DNA of 59,248 bases, taken from an uncultured Myxococcales bacterium (GTDB taxonomy: Bacteria; Myxococcota_A; Polyangia; DRWM01; JAAZOP01). The stretch is taken from the NCBI GenBank assembly GCA_964568275.1, contig CAZMRP010000003.1:1-59248 (forward strand), read 5' to 3'. This document shows, in pieces, positions 58,616 to 59,248 of the stretch (its first letter is position 1; each line of letters opens with the position of its first letter). The notes under the pieces were generated by a model. The model worked only from the letters and a program-made list of their open reading frames with translations. It was not told the DNA's origin and did no database searches. The position numbers were made by a program, and so were the translations under genes.

Positions 58616-58858
58616 CTAGTCCGGGACCGGGGCGTCAGGGCGGCGGGGCGTGCTGATCCCCGTCCCGGGGCGCGTCAGGAAGGCATCAACCTCGACCGGG
58701 TCGAACCGAAGGACCCCGCCCACCCGGATGCAGGGAAGCCAACCCCGGCGCACCCAACCATACACGCTTGAGCGGCTGACGCGGAGCCAGCGGCAGAGGT
58801 CGCCCGCCGTCAGGAGTGGGCCGGGACACGACACGGGGCACGAGCTTCCGTTCGACAT
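58616..58858 (-). CDS. excisionase/AlpA-type HTH DNA-binding protein
   Basis: LTAGDLCRWLRVSRSSVYGWVRRGWLPCIRVGGVLRFDPVEVDAFL. GGAGG RBS 6 nt before ATG 58858. Confidence 0.75.
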   Translation of the reverse strand: MSNGSSCPVSCPGPLLTAGDLCRWLRVSRSSVYGWVRRGWLPCIRVGGVLRFDPVEVDAFLTRPGTGISTPRRPDAPVPD

Positions 58859-58877
58859 CAACCACCTCCGGCCGGAT

Positions 58878-58900
58878 TATGGTACAGATGGCGTACCATA
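58878..58900. promoter_or_regulatory. perfect 8-bp inverted repeat TATGGTAC-N7-GTACCATA (operator-like)
   Basis: Read directly. It is AT-rich relative to its surroundings and lies 20 nt upstream of the HTH gene start on the minus strand. Confidence 0.45.
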
Positions 58901-59104
58901 TCAACCAAGCGCCGCTCGCTCGAACTCGACGACCTGACGCATGAGCCTCGCCAAGTCCACCCGGATGGCGATGATGGCGTTCGCCTCGGGATCGTCGACG
59001 CCGGCGGCTCCTCGGAATCCGCCGTCCGGCAGCAGTTCAAAGACTTGCTGCCGCGACCGTTGACTCCCTCGGCTGACCCTCGGAAGGGCACGATGGGGGG
59101 ACAC
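58901..59104 (-). CDS. possible small ORF (67 aa, GTG start)
   Basis: The C-terminal half is protein-like (PEANAIIAIRVDLARLMRQVVEFERAAL). No clear RBS. Confidence 0.3.
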   Translation of the reverse strand: MSPHRALPRVSRGSQRSRQQVFELLPDGGFRGAAGVDDPEANAIIAIRVDLARLMRQVVEFERAALG

Positions 59105-59248
59105 AGCCGCGAACCTGTCGTCCCAGACGTGGAGATAGCATGGCAGCTGCCCTGTCTGGATTCCCGCGCAGCCCTCCTACGGGCAGGCCTCTAGGAAGGC
59201 GCACAGCACCCTCATCATCCGCACCAGCCTAGCGTAGGGCCAGCCGAG

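Larger units (their letters stand above)
34553..59248. mobile_element. integrative element (integrase-proximal end at the tRNA-like site; far end beyond the window); replication, recombination and accessory genes only
   Basis: Integrase next to the tRNA-like core, Xis-like HTH, SF3 helicase and ParB-like gene, then about 35 co-directional minus-strand genes with overlapping stop/start codons. I recognise no capsid, terminase, tail or T4SS genes. Confidence 0.6.

Noticed and set aside
34991-59248. Calling the element a prophage or an ICE
   Set aside because: No structural, lysis, relaxase or T4SS motifs were recognised in the visible 24 kb, and the far end is outside the window. It is left as a generic integrative element.

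Overview
This is a high-GC, diderm-type bacterial chromosome segment. GGAGG-type ribosome-binding sites are strong, and many long Arg/Pro-rich antisense 'shadow' ORFs had to be discarded. I see three blocks. (1) 1-17.3 kb, plus strand, is an envelope and membrane-lipid cluster. It holds a TolC-like gene interrupted by an in-frame TAG, a CDP-alcohol phosphatidyltransferase, PgpA, a radical SAM enzyme, a flippase-like UPF0104 membrane protein, a GT4 glycosyltransferase, two MMPL/RND exporters, PlsC, an NAD-epimerase, a TonB-dependent-receptor-like barrel and a PHP phosphoesterase. (2) ~18.6-34.4 kb is a defence-island-like block. It holds a DUF3883-type PD-(D/E)xK protein, an excisionase-type HTH, a DEDD exonuclease with a zinc ribbon, and a complete type I R-M operon (hsdR-hsdM-YhcG/DUF1016 nuclease-hsdS). 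It also holds a tightly coupled minus-strand operon: HTH, then an N6-adenine methyltransferase, then a fusion of a MORC/Hsp90-like GHKL ATPase with a histidine-kinase core, then a receiver-domain protein with an unknown output, then an unknown 253-aa protein. That operon is my best candidate for an undescribed methylation-linked two-component defence system. (3) 34.4-59.2 kb starts with a terminator hairpin, two sets of short tandem repeats and a non-canonical tRNA-like fragment. A tyrosine integrase follows, then about 24 kb of roughly 35 head-to-tail minus-strand genes. These include an SF3 helicase, a ParB-like protein, RadC, a Cys-rich lipoprotein, a beta-clamp homologue, a divergent RecA, ComM, a module of AAA+ ATPase, DUF1257, DUF2997 and an orphan NrdG-like radical SAM activase, a Cas4-like nuclease and many small zinc-ribbon or acidic ORFs. 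No capsid, tail or conjugation genes are visible, and the element runs off the window. I saw no rRNA, CRISPR array or intact canonical tRNA. All domain calls come from motifs read by eye in the translations; no database search was run.
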